Below are positions 1 through 12,269 of a stretch of 52,230 nucleotides of DNA, piece after piece. The position numbers were made by a program, and so were the translations under genes. The notes below the pieces were generated by a model. The model was not told the DNA's origin. It was given only the letters and a program-made list of their open reading frames with translations, and searched no databases. The number at the start of each line of letters is the position of its first letter. The stretch's first letter is position 1. This stretch comes from Lophium mytilinum (lineage: Eukaryota). Where the stretch lies: assembly GCA_010093605.1 (NCBI GenBank), contig MU004203.1, positions 148,156-200,385 of the forward strand, read 5' to 3'.

Positions 1-321
1 CCGGAAAAGACAGTGCCGAGAAAGAGCCGCAGGCCACGATCACGTTGTGAGGGAAGCAGATCGCCTACCGTGCCTACCTCATTACGCGATACCAACCTCC
101 GCCCTACGCGAAAGACCTACCTAGTTGTCGATGAGCTTCCGGAGTGTACTTTTACTTCTGATTTTACGCGCTGTCATTGTCTTGTTTGATGTACAACGAG
201 AAGATCTGGGACACGCGAAAGGGTCTCTCTTCAGGGCTCGCACCCACGATGCCGCGAAGCGTGGCGCATGTCGCAGTATAGAAACAACGTCGCCAAATAA
301 TTTGTGAGCGGGCGAGGTTCA

Positions 322-1967
322 CTGGTTGAAGGTTAGTAAGTATCCCGTCCTGCGAGGTGCATAGCCGTAGCTGACATACCTTTCCATACTGGCAAGAAAG
401 AAACCATATACCAAATAAACACGACCGGTATCCAAGATCAAACCGTAACACACCCAGGTTCAAGCTCCAAATATCCAGAACCGCCATCTGGAACTAGGGG
501 TAACGATCCAGACTCGTATACGAACGACTAATATGGATCAACGCCAACTCCATCATGGGCTGGAACATCTTGAAACATCTGGCCTAGCGTATCAGACCCT
601 TATGCGACGCGACGGAGTATGTCGTCGAGCACCCGCCGCTAGTAGCTGAGATCGCTTTGGCGCCGAGTCAATCCCAGCAATTGCAGCCTTCTGCGCTCTC
701 GCGACCGATGATATGGCCTAGCTCTGCCTCCATTATAGGCCGAAGGATCTTACGCAGCCTTTCGGAAGATCTTATACGAAGCGAAGAAGGGGTATATGGT
801 CGGACATCCGGCGCCCGCTGGGATCGATTACTATCAAGTCGACCCCAGCAAAGGCAGCCTCCTGCGCTCTCGCGACAAGATGTACTCAGCCCAGAGATAT
901 CGCATTTCCCGAGGATCATAAGCTATCGTCGTTGTCTTCGGCTGTTATACTGGTCGGCATCTGTCTGGGAAAGGAAGCCGTGACGTGTCTTCGTGACGCT
1001 ATGGAGCGCGAGAAGGTGCTGACGTGTTGGCCGGCCCTGGACGTTGTTCATGCGACGGAGAATATGCTGGAAAGACCTAACAAGAGTTAGCATCACGACT
1101 CCGATCCCATGGATGAGTATTGCGAAGGCCCGATGGAATGCGCATCCCCGCGCATGGAGTGCCGCTTGGGATGAGTCGAATGGGAAGCAGCAACGGCTCA
1201 AGAATACTCTCTCTCAGCAAGTGAGGAGATGCTTGATTAGGAAGAGATGACTTACTTCTTCGCGGCCTCTATTTCGCGAGGGCTCGTCCTCCCATGGATG
1301 CATGCCGAGGGGGGATGTTGGGAGGCCAAGTTGCCGCGACGGGATCTCCAGACGAAGCCGGACATTCTGGGTTAGGCTTTCGGGAGACTCTGCATCTCTG
1401 GTCCAATTTTGAGGAGTGCGCGCGCCTTTTACGTCCTGGATTGCCGGAATGCCCGCTGCGACTGAGGAGCAGGCTCTGATCAACGCGGTCAGCATGGGGA
1501 GCAGCGGACGAAGCCGGCTCGATCGAAGGAAAGCTTACCATAGAGGTTATCCAAGGGATTCCGGAGCCGCTATACCTGGCTAGACTCTCGCTGCCCCCTA
1601 GGAGGATCTCGTGCGAGGATGTCGCCGTCGTCGTCGTGCGGTGTCGCAGACAGCTCCCGCGGGGATCCAGGGGGGATAGATCTGACCAGCTCATATTGCT
1701 GGAGCTCCTGCTCCGTTATGCGGTCCGTTGCTGCCATGGACGAGTATGCCTGGCCGATGTTGTAGGAGGGATGGTTGTGGGCGGGACGAAGCGACCCAAA
1801 GGTCCAAGCGGGTCATCGATGGCCGGCGCCCTGTGAGAGGCTGCGGAGCCCCGGAGTAGCCACGAACCCGCTCTATTCGAGCTGTAAGAAGATGAGGAGC
1901 TGTAGATGGAGTCCAGAGTCGGTCTTGGGCAAGGCCGAAGCCCGAAAGATGGATGGGTGGGTCTTAC
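322..1967 (-). pseudogene. Candidate spliced minus-strand transcript (decayed gene or lncRNA) divergent from RMT3
   Basis: Canonical-looking minus-strand introns: 1538-1476 (GTAAGC..GCTGAC..CAG), 1255-1077 (GTAAGT..GCTAAC..TAG), 379-322 (GTATGT..TACTAAC..CAG), plus a donor GTAAGA at 1967. I found no open frame through all exons and no recognisable domain. Confidence 0.3.
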
Positions 1968-2517
1968 CTTGGTGTTGAGGGTCGTGCCTGCCCGGGATCG
2001 CCGCTGCCCCCTTCTGCACGGCCCAACATCGCAACTACTACGTTGTAGAGCTACATGGAGCTTGCGGAGACGATGCGGATGTCTATCTCGAGCCCCGCGC
2101 GCAGGTCTGAGATCGAAAAGAGGCGTGTTGAGGGAGAGAGACGGGGGGATAGCTTCTCGTCGCCGCGCAGCATTCGGGGCATCTCACCGGCGGGGCTTTG
2201 CACAATTCGCATTCAAAATGGATGCTGAGGATCGCAGAAGTATGGAGCAGCTCTGGCCCGTGTTGCAGAGGCCATGCTCAATGTATGGTGGAGCTATCAG
2301 GGGGGAGGGCTGCGGATAGGGCCATGGTGTTGAGGCGAGCCAGCAAAGTCCGCAAACTCCACAGCCGTTCTGCTGCCCCTCCTGCCCTCCAAAAAAATAT
2401 CGCGGCGCACAACAGACCCTCTTCTAGCGACCTCACCTGCACGCTTCTGTCCGCCGACAACAACTCTCCTTCATCCATCCGCGCAACCCTTGTGCAATCC
2501 TCCAGCGAGCATCCACC

Positions 2518-4482
2518 ATGAAGCGTGTGTGCTATCCCGTGTCAGATGTGCGCCTGCCGGGATACGACAAACCCGAGAACCTCCCCATCCTGCATGACGG
2601 CTCCTCCGACTCTGAGGCCTATGAGGGGGACTCGGGCTGGGCTGAGGCAGACGACGACGACGATGCGGTTGCGATCAAGTGCTTCTTCTGCGACAAGACC
2701 TTCGCGAACGCCACTGCCATGTGTGATCACTGCAAGGCCGACGAGAGCTTTGACTTCCTCGCAGCGAAGGCAAGAATGAGTTCGTTATATCCCCCCTGTC
2801 CCAGCTTCCCACAGCATGCGCCGTCCCGCAAGCCGCAGGACCTTGCAGCCGATGATACGCAGACCTACCAGGCGGCTTTATCAGCAACCTGGGCGTCTGC
2901 ATCTGTATTTTCATCGCTCATATATACTGGCATTCATGGTTGCTAATTTCACGTGACTTAGATCTCGATTTCGTCGAAACCATCAAGTTCATCAACTACA
3001 TCCGCACGCAGGTAATGCTAGGCCATAGAGACTTCAGTATGGATAGAGAGACCTTCGACATCGAAGAATACGCACGCTCTCCGCTCGACGATGACCCGCT
3101 GCTCTACTCCCTGGACGACCTTCCCGCCGACGACACGCCCGCCCAGGATGACACACCTCACAACGCAGCTGATCTCGAACGCATCGCCGAGCTAGAGAAC
3201 GCCATCCAGCAGCTTACCCTGGTGCACAAGGCTCACAATGAGATGGTTCAGCGAATGCTAGCCGAAAATTCGTCCGAGACCTCATCCGATTCCGATTCCA
3301 ACACCAAGACTGGCCCCATCAAGCCGAAGAAGGCTGCAGAGGAGAAGCTATCAGGTCCGGCGCTCGAGAAAGACAACGACAACTACTTCAATGGCTATGC
3401 CTACAACCGTACGTCCTCCCTCCCTTCTAATCTGGTCCCAACCCCTCTCTCTCACTACGCTACTAACCCCCACCCCAGAAATCCACCGCACCATGCTCGA
3501 AGACACCGTCCGCACCGACGCCTACCGCGACTTCATCTACGACAACAAAAACGTCTTCGCCGGCAAGGTCGTCCTCGACGTCGGCTGCGGCACAGGCATC
3601 CTCTCCATGTTCTGCGCCAAAGCCGGCGCCGCACACGTCTACGCCGTCGACAACTCCAACATCGTGACCAAAGCGCGCGAAATCATCTTCACCAACGGCC
3701 TCGAAAAGACCATCACGGTGCTGCGCGGCAACATCGAAGACATCGCGCTGCCCGTCGCCCACGTCGACATCATCGTCTCGGAATGGATGGGCTACGCGCT
3801 CCTCTACGAAAAAATGCTCGACAGCGTGCTTATCGCGCGCGACCGCTTCCTCGCCCCCGGCGGCCTCATGGTGCCCTCCCACTGCACGCTACGCATCGCG
3901 CCCTACAGCAACGAGAAATTCGGCTCCGAGAACCGCGAGAACGACTTCTGGACCGACGTGTACGGCTTCGACATGACGCCCATGATCGACAACGACAAGC
4001 TCGCGTTCGCCGTCATCGACATCGAGCACGTGATCCCGCAGCGCGTGGCTGGGTCCGCGTCGACCTTCCGCGTGCTCCCCCTCGCGACGGTTTCGGCTAA
4101 AGAACTGCAGTTTACGGCTCCGTTTGAGGTCGAGGTGTCGCGCGATGTGCCGCGGATTGACGGCTGGGTGGTGTGGTTTGACACATTCTTCCTGCCGAAG
4201 CGGGGGGATGTGCTGCCGCTGGACGCGGTGGCGGAGACGTGGCCGGAGAGTGCGCCGGGGAATGCGTTCACGACGGGGCCGTTTGGGGAGAAGGAGACGC
4301 ATTGGGGGATGGGGGTGATGCCGCTGGCGAAGAAGAACGGCACGAAGGCGCTCGCGAAGGGCGCGAGGGTGGGAGGGAGCGTGGCGTATAAGTACGTTGG
4401 GCGGGGGGTGGAGGTAGAGGTGGCGTGGGAGGTGGAGGGGATGGAGGGGGAGGTGGTGCAGACGTGGGTCTGCAACGAGTAG
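2518..4482 (+). CDS. RMT3: Protein arginine N-methyltransferase 3 (ribosomal protein arginine methyltransferase); exons 2518-2779, 2962-3408, 3479-4482
   Basis: N-terminal zinc-finger-like CFFC..H followed by FDF..LDF..IKFINYIR; YFNGY and IHRTMLED.VRT.AY; SAM motif VLDVGCGTGILSMF; double-E loop SEWMGYALLYE; THW loop. Introns GTTCGT..GCTAAT..TAG and GTACGT..TACTAAC..CAG join the ORF pieces in frame. Confidence 0.93.
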
Positions 4483-4879
4483 GGGTTTGGGGGGTTCTTG
4501 GGCCCTGAGGGGCGGTGGTTTGGGTAGTTATGATGAATGAAGTCACGTATGTGACGGGTCCTGCGGGACGCTTTCGGGCTATTTGATGCTTATGACGCTT
4601 TTAGTGCTTATGAGACTCGTGATACTTAGTTCTCTTGATGCTTTTAGTGCTTTTGTGACTTGTTTAGCACGTATATAGGTCGCTTTCGGTACTTTTACTA
4701 CTTCTAGTACTTCTATATCTTGTTCGCTATATTCGCGATACCCCCCTAATGCCCAAAATGTAAGAAAATGTCCCACCACCTCCTCGCCACGTGACCTACC
4801 CCCAAATACCCCCAAAACTCCCATCACCCAATCCATTTCCCCACTCCCCAAAACCCTCTCTTCCTATCAGCCTTCTGGA

Positions 4880-5600
4880 ATTCTCCAAATAGGCCTTAAG
4901 TCCTCCAGGCCTACTTAGAAGCAAGAAAATATGGATGTCACGTTCTAAAGTGTGAGAATTGGGAAAGTGACATGTTTATGTAATATATAAGCTCCGATTC
5001 GAACGCCTTCATTTCGCTATCCTCACGTGTTGCTTTTGTGGAGGATGGAAAGGATTTGAAGGGCTCCTAGGCTAATTAGGAGTAAGAGAGTATGAATGTT
5101 ACGTTCTAGAGGGCGCATATTAGGCCCGAGGCAGATGGATATGGCTTTGGAGATGCTTTGGACGCTCATCTCATATGAGCTATACATAAGCATTCGTTTT
5201 ACGGGGTTGGTTGCGTGTTTAGAGGGCTCCTGAGGGTGGAATGGAGAAGGAGAATAGGATGTAAAGGTCCGGCGCGTGCGAAATAGATCGGTGGTGTTTC
5301 AATACCGCTACATGATCTCTTTCACGCTGCTTACGAATTGAATATACTCATCTATTCATTTTGGTGGGGCTGAAACGGATTTGAAGACTTCCGAGGTGTA
5401 GATGGAATGGGCACAATGGACGCTGCAGCGATGCAAGTCTGAACCTACGTGGTGAATCCGAGCCTTCTAAACTTTGAATTTGAATCATGTCTACTCAATC
5501 GCTCACCTTCATACAGCTATCTGGGTGGCTTGAAGCGCATATCAGGGTTGTCAATATTGCTTTTGAGTGGCTTCGATAAGGATGAGGTTGATTTAAAGCT
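4880..5600 (+). repeat. Degenerate tandem repeat, ~161-163 bp period, ~5 units
   Basis: GGATGT-like motif at 4933, 5094, 5257, 5418, 5580; in several units it is preceded ~40 bp earlier by a TTTGAAG/TTAGAG-GGCTCC-like motif. Confidence 0.5.
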
Positions 5601-5738
5601 GGGCCGTCACCCCACAAAATCAGCCGTGCATCGTCGCCGTTCTCACATGCTTGGCGTAGACGTCAAGGGATCCTCAACACCACCACCATCAATCACATAG
5701 CGTGCCCTCTCTCGCCCCAACATGTCGACCCGATAGCC

Positions 5739-8700
5739 ATGCGCGGCATTCTCCCAGGGCGGCCGCAGGCGAAGCTCCAGGCCGTCACCACCGGGCTTTG
5801 GGGAAGCCTGCAGGTCATTGTGAGCGATCCCGGGCCTTCAACTCGATGCGCATGACGTGTAATACTAATTATTATATTTATAGGCGTATATTTCTGGGAA
5901 CTCGGTCGTTGTCCTCGATGGATATAACCATGTGCTGCAGACCATCTATATCGAGGAAGAAGAGGACCTGGAGGCGATAAAGCTCGATGAGGAGACCGGA
6001 AAGATCGCGACGTGTTCCGGCGAGCATATCTACATATACAAGCCCTATGGCCAGGATGAAGGAGCTTTGAAGGTTCTCATACACCATCTCCCCATGACGA
6101 TCCGAAGCTAACCAGCGCACTTCAATAGTGGTCCCTCCAAGGCACCCTCCCCCTCCCCGAACCGAACGACCTCATCACCACCCTCTCCTGGGGCCTCGAC
6201 GAAGAGCTCCTCGTCGGCAGCACCTCCCTTACCCTCTTCTCCACCCACTCCCATCCCGAACAGATATGGTCAAAACGCCTCGCCAACCCCGCCAAATTCG
6301 CCCAGTTCTCCCCGGACGCAACTTTCATCGCTTCGACGGGGACACACGACCGATTATTGAAAGTATGGCGGCGGCTAGCATTTGGCTCTGTGGAACAGGC
6401 ATTCGATTATAGCTACCTCCCACACCCCTCTGCCATCACGGGCATCCATTGGCGGAAACCATTTCATAAAGAGTCGGCAACGGAAAATGTGCTGTACACC
6501 ATTTGCGCGGATAGCAAGGTGCGGGTGTGGACAACCGGAGAGAATCATGGGAGCGATGGGTTAGTACTGTGGGCGGAGATCGATTTGCTGGAGTCGATAC
6601 AGCCGCGGCATCTGGACCAGCAGAGCAAGAAGCGATACGCCTTTTTCATCGACAGTCGGGACTTCACATATGCGACGGAACGCGCGGTACAAAGAGCGTC
6701 GAATGATGATAAAGAACAAATGGCGCTCGCGCATCTTATCGAAGTCGCGAATCGGAGCCCGGAGGTTTGTGTGGTGCTGGACGATCGGGGGAACATGTCT
6801 GCGTGGGGTCTTGAAAGTATCGGCTGCAAAGTCAGGAAAACGACCGATATATTCAACATCGCGCACGTCGAAGGGCTGCATCTCCATTTCGCGAAAGGGG
6901 CAAGCGGGTTGGACGACAATGTACAGTTCCATGCTTTCTGCGGTGACAAGCCGGATAGCGTCTTTACGCTACTCACGCATCATTTCGATGGCAGGATTGA
7001 GTGGCTGGAGAGCCGTGTTGATCATCTCTTTGACCCTTCGGCGCAGCGGAATCGGATACTGCGGAAGGCGGTTTGGACGGGACATTCGCATGCCATCAAG
7101 AAAGTCAACCGGACAGCGAGCGGAAGAGCTCTGATCTCGCGTACGGTTAATGATGAGAGTGTCGTGTGGGTGCAGAGGCATATCCAGTCCGGGATGACGC
7201 TCCATCGGCATAGCACGGTCAGGCATGAAGGCCATATCCACCGCACTTCTATTCTTCACGAGGGAAATTTCGTCGTCTTCCTGCATCACGATAGCATCTC
7301 GCTCTGGGATTCGCGAGGCCCCGTAGCGGTAGAGGTTGCCCGATGTCAATACAAACTACAAGGTAAACCGCTATGTCTTCTTGTCGTCCCTGAGACCGAA
7401 CCCGGCCATGGTCACATGCACATCGCGACTATCAGCTCCGATATGAAGGGATTGGCTTGGGAGTTACGACTACCGCCAGAGATTGACCCACTGACGGGAC
7501 GAAAACTTTCGACTATCAGCGCATCAGCTCCTGTGTATACTAAGGCTGCGCAATCGAATGGCCACTCTGAAATCACGATGAAGGAGTACGGTTCGTTTGA
7601 TCTCGGCTCTGGCGACGATCTCGCCTTCGTGCTCCCAGTTGATCCCGCCGGTACAGCACCCGTGATCTCAGGATTCCTGGACACCTTCGCACGGGATGTC
7701 GCTATCTCATACACAAAATCTGGCATCATCAAGTCGTGGACCGCGAGGGTCAACTTTGAGGAGCAGAAGCTGGACTGGTTACGCACGTCAACCGTCGAGA
7801 CAAGCATTCCAAACCCACACCTCGCCAGCGGTACATCAATACGGAAGGCTGCACTGGTGGATGCCGAGCAGACTACGCTCACAATTTGGAACACCAGAAG
7901 CGCTCAGCTAGAATACGAAGAACGGTTCGACGGGCACGGCACGATCCAGGATCTCGATTGGTCATCCACACCAGACAACCAATCCATTCTAGCGGTCGGC
8001 TTCCCGCACAGAGTTGTCATATATGCCCAGTTACGGTATGACTATCTCAATGCCGGTCCATCATGGACGCAGATCAGAGAAATCCGCATCCGCGACCTCA
8101 CACCTCATCCCATCGGCGACTCTGTCTGGTTGGGCAGCGGCAACCTTGTCATTGGCGCGGGCAATCAGCTCTTTGTACAAGATGAGCATGTTGAAGTCGA
8201 CGGTCTCTTCCCGAGTCTACGACTCCTCTCGAGGAAGAAGGCAGAGCTTGACATCTTTACCGCAGTCAGCAGGCTTAATGGCCCGCTGCCAGTCTTTCAT
8301 CCCCAGCTACTTTCGCAGTGTGTGCTCTCCGGAAAGGTGGCACTTGTACAGCGGATCTTGCTTACCCTGTACAAGAAGCTGAAGTTCTTCGTGCCCGGTG
8401 ATGAGTTGGAAGGGTTCTTAGGTTTTGAGGCGCACGACTTTTCAGAGGATCTCGATGTAAGCTATGCCGGTTCCTTCCTATCCTCGCTTATGCTAACTCT
8501 ATAGACTGCCATGACTGCCTCTCGAAAGGAAATGCACTCCTCCTACGCCGACTTCTCTGAAGACCCTGATCCCGACACCGTCACCGAAGCTGTCGCCAAT
8601 TCCCTCAAGGAGACTCTCACTAAAATCCAGCTCCCCCAACTCTCTTCCCAAGAGCAATTCCATCTCGCCGACATCATTGAGTGTGTGGGCATGGTCGAGA

Positions 8701-10078
8701 AGCATCGCCGCTCTATTGACGACAACGCCGGTCGCTTCCTACTTTTCTTCAGACAGCATGTCCTCCGCTCTGGCCAGCATTCCGCAGAGGAGGTCCCCAT
8801 CTCCTGGCGCGAAATCACTTGGGCTTTCCACAGCGGCAGCCAAGACATCCTTGTCGATCTTGTCTCCCGCCACTTCAGCGGCCGTATGCTATGGCGCCAC
8901 GCGAGGGAAAGCGGCATCTTCATGTGGATGACTGACCTCGCCGCCCTAGTAAGCTCGTCAACTATTCCCTCCCCAAATGATGCTAATAAACCTAATAGCG
9001 CGCCCAATTCGAGTCCGTCGCTCGCAACCAATACACCTCCACCGACGACAAAAACCCCGTCGACTGCTCCCTCTTCTACCTCGCCCTCCGCAAAAAAGCC
9101 GTCCTCATCGGCCTGTGGCGCATGGCCACGTGGTCGCGCGAACAAACTCCCACCCTCCGCCTCCTCTCCAACAACTTCACCGACGCACGCTGGAAAACCG
9201 CCGCCTTAAAAAACGCATACGCACTCATGGGAAAACGCCGCTTCGAATACGCCGCCGCCTTCTTCCTCCTCGCCGACCACCTCGCCGACGCCGTCTCCGT
9301 TCTCTCCAACCAACTCAACGACACCCAACTCGCCATCGCCGTCGCGCGCGTCTACGAAGGCGACGACGGGCCCATCCTCACCGCCTTCCTCAAGGAAAAA
9401 GTCCTGCCCCAGGCCGCGCGCGAGGGCAACCGCTGGCTCGCGACGTGGGCGTTCTGGATGCTAGGGAAGCGGGACAGCGCTGTGCGCGCCCTCGTGCAGC
9501 CCCTCACGACGCTAATGTCGCCGCCAGAGACGCCGTCGTTTGAGTCGAGGCTGTTTTCGACGGACGATCCGGCGTTGGTGGTGTTGTATAAGATTCTTCG
9601 CGCGAAGAGTTTGCAGACGCTGAGGGGCGCGGCGATGGTGAGTCCGCGCGCGGAGTGGGAGTTTGTGCTGCATACCGCCGGGTTGTATGAGCGGATGGGG
9701 TGTGATCTGTTAGCGTTGGATTTGGTCAAGACGTGGGAGTTTTTGTTGCCAAGGCTGCCGCAGAGTCGGTTGCCGCGGACGCCGGTGGATGGGGGGGTGG
9801 TGAAGGCGAAGGGAACGTTGGATGCGGAGTTTGATCCGAGGATGCTGTTGAGGCGGAGGAGTAGTTTGGTTGTGGCGGATTTGCCAACCAGGGAGCATGT
9901 TAGGAATGCGTTGCAGGAGGCTGAAGGGGACATTGAGAGCGATGATGAGGAGGATGAGGAGGAGGAGGCGGAGGGGAAGATGGATGGGGTTAAGGAGAAG
10001 GAGGGGCCGAAGAAGCCGCCGCCGACGCAGTTTCAGGAGCCGGATGCTGGGAGTTTGTTGGATGCGTTTGGGTTTTAG
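5739..10078 (+). CDS. RAV1: RAVE complex subunit Rav1 (WD40 / Rav1p_C; rabconnectin-3/DMXL family); exons 5739-5819, 5884-6072, 6129-8456, 8505-8948, 8999-10078
   Basis: N-terminus MRGILPGRPQAKLQA; WD repeats (YLPHP..TGIHW, WTGH); C-terminal motifs NGPLPVFHPQLLSQ, WREITWAFHS.SQ, WKTAALKNAYALMGKRRFEYAAAFFLL, YERMGCDLLALDLV. Four GT-AG introns with CTAAY branch points restore one continuous frame. Confidence 0.93.
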
Positions 10079-10917
10079 GGAGTCGTGGGTGTAGTATAGT
10101 GCTGTATGTATCAAGTGGGCATAGGCGGTGTTGGTGGTGCGATTGCTAGACTCGAGCGGGTTGTTTGTGGTAATGGGATGGACGTGTAAGTGTGGTTTCG
10201 ATCAATCAAAGATCCAGTCACGAGTCCACTTCAACATGTCTAGTTTGTACTGTGAGGTCTTCTGAGAGTTCATTCCGTCTAAATCGAAGGTCATGCTGAA
10301 GAAGATCCCCGATGACCTCGCCCTGTGAGTATGTGGTAAGATTGCTTCAAGTCAGCTCTCTCTATCGCTCTGGATTCTTTGATTGCTTCTACGCACACAT
10401 GGCAGATGACACCGGATACTAGCAATTGACGCAGTAGTATAAGAATCCGCTTCTTCTCCCTCTCTAAATCCTCATCGCAGACTACTCATTCTTTCCATAC
10501 GACTACTTCTAATCTTTATAGCTTTTTCTGCTTTATATAACTTTCCGTATCTCCTGACGTATACTCCACTTCTCCCAACTTTATCGACAGCACTTGAAAT
10601 GATCTTTAATGGTGCTTGAGCCTTGCTCGGCGGGCGGACGCCTGCACTCTACGCTCCAACACGTGCATAAAAAGCTGGAGGCGCACCAGTTCATGAGACC
10701 TGGACGCGTCCACTCCGCTTGACGCAGATCGACTGGCTGTGTTCGTCAATGAGTCGATCAAAAACTCTTGTAGCAAAAATAACGACACTTGTGTTCCCAT
10801 GAGCGGGACAGCGAACAGCCAGGATGTATACTTTCGTGGCAGAGTTCTCTTTGGGCGCAAATCGACTCGCTATCTACATGCATGAGTGGATCATAACATC
10901 CCATCATGTTGATCAAT

Positions 10918-11100
10918 GGTACCTGCGGCACCTGCGAGCGGGACGGCAAAATAGCGCGAATGTACACCTTATGAGACGGAGACGAGCAACTTCGCTCAGA
11001 CGCACACAGCCTTGCCGGATCTCCGAATCAATCGATCAAAGCATCATGTCTTCTCCACCAATTGTACCTGCGGCACCTGCGAGCAGGACGGCAAAACAGC
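10918..11100 (+). repeat. Direct repeat pair of ~36 bp within a degenerate local duplication
   Basis: GTACCTGCGGCACCTGCGAGCGGGACGGCAAAATAGC (~10919) versus GTACCTGCGGCACCTGCGAGCAGGACGGCAAAACAGC (~11064). Confidence 0.8.
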
Positions 11101-11445
11101 TCGTCCGTATATAGTATGAGCCGCGCTGAACCGCTGTCGGTGTAGATTCGACCTGGAAGCTTCTCTCGAGGAGCCGGAGAGCGACTGGTGAAGTTGCAAA
11201 GCGTTCGTTTCGGCCACAAAGCGCCTGCTTCCAGTCGCTCTCGGGCGGATTGGCGAGCGGCTTAACATTATTCACTTTTTTGGAATTCTGGCAAGTTGGG
11301 GTACTTAAGATTGGAAAGTTTAGGCAGGTTGCTTTCTTCTTCAGAACAACCAACAAGTTTCGATTGTGAGTTATCCTTTTGACGGCTTGGAACTGCTGGA
11401 GTACTGATCATTTTAGCAAGATCTTCATAATCGAACACTTCCAGC

Positions 11446-12111
11446 ATGTCTTCCCCAAACCGAAACCCCGCGAGCCCAGGCAAGGCTGCTGGGAGCCCAG
11501 GCAAAGCCACCGCCAGTCCAGGCAAGGCCACCCCAAGCCCAGGCAAGGCGACCCCAAGCTCTTCTGGGATCTATATTCCCACATCACCCACTGATGGCGA
11601 GGCCATCATGCCCGCTGCACGTCCTGCCACCCCCGACGCCGTCAACGAGACGCGGTATGCTCTTCCTGAACCTCCAACTACACCAAGCACCACTGACACC
11701 AATACTAGTCCCCCAGTCCTCCCAGCCCTCTCCGCCAACGTCGACCTATCGGCGTATGAGACTCCGGCCTTTTTGGCGGCCGAGCAGATGGTCCTCGGAC
11801 ACCGGGTGGTTGGTCGGATGACGAGAGACGGGGCCCGTACCTACACGATGCGTATCGGCGGCCCTCTTCCGATGCAGAACGACTACCAGTTCCCAACTGC
11901 TGACGAGGCCACTGCCCTCGCCATCTACATGAAAAAAGCGAGCTACGATGTCCGCGCCGTCGTCCACGGGGAGCGGGTGTGGCTATTCGTCATTCACTCC
12001 ACAAACCGTGCGGAGGATGAAGCCTACTGGATTCAGGACGTCACGACGGGCCATGCCCTCAGCGCCGCGGAGGTGGCTAGCGAAGACGCTGCGAGGACTT
12101 GGGGCCGTTGA
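11446..12111 (+). CDS. Hypothetical protein (221 aa) with N-terminal SPGKA heptad repeats
   Basis: Long ORF from CAGCATG with coding-like composition; four 21-bp repeats encode SPGKAxx; globular-looking C-terminal half. A canonical intron (12126-12174) just after the stop supports transcription. Confidence 0.6.
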   Translation: MSSPNRNPASPGKAAGSPGKATASPGKATPSPGKATPSSSGIYIPTSPTDGEAIMPAARPATPDAVNETRYALPEPPTTPSTTDTNTSPPVLPALSANVDLSAYETPAFLAAEQMVLGHRVVGRMTRDGARTYTMRIGGPLPMQNDYQFPTADEATALAIYMKKASYDVRAVVHGERVWLFVIHSTNRAEDEAYWIQDVTTGHALSAAEVASEDAARTWGR

Positions 12112-12269
12112 AGGCGGCGAGCGAGGTATGTGTGATATGTTCTACATTGTTGACATAAGGCTAACATGTTGCAGACAGCAGCGAAGAGTGCTTGCTAGAT
12201 GGTGGCTTGGGAGGGAGTCTGGGAGTTAGACTTCATTCTACATACAGGCCATAGATGGCACCTTTCTCG

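Noticed and set aside
3463..10114. Long antisense or alternative-frame ORFs over RMT3 and RAV1 (likewise over USO1, RAT1, SDR and the 19120 gene)
   Set aside because: Shadow ORFs expected from GC-rich codon bias in the real genes.
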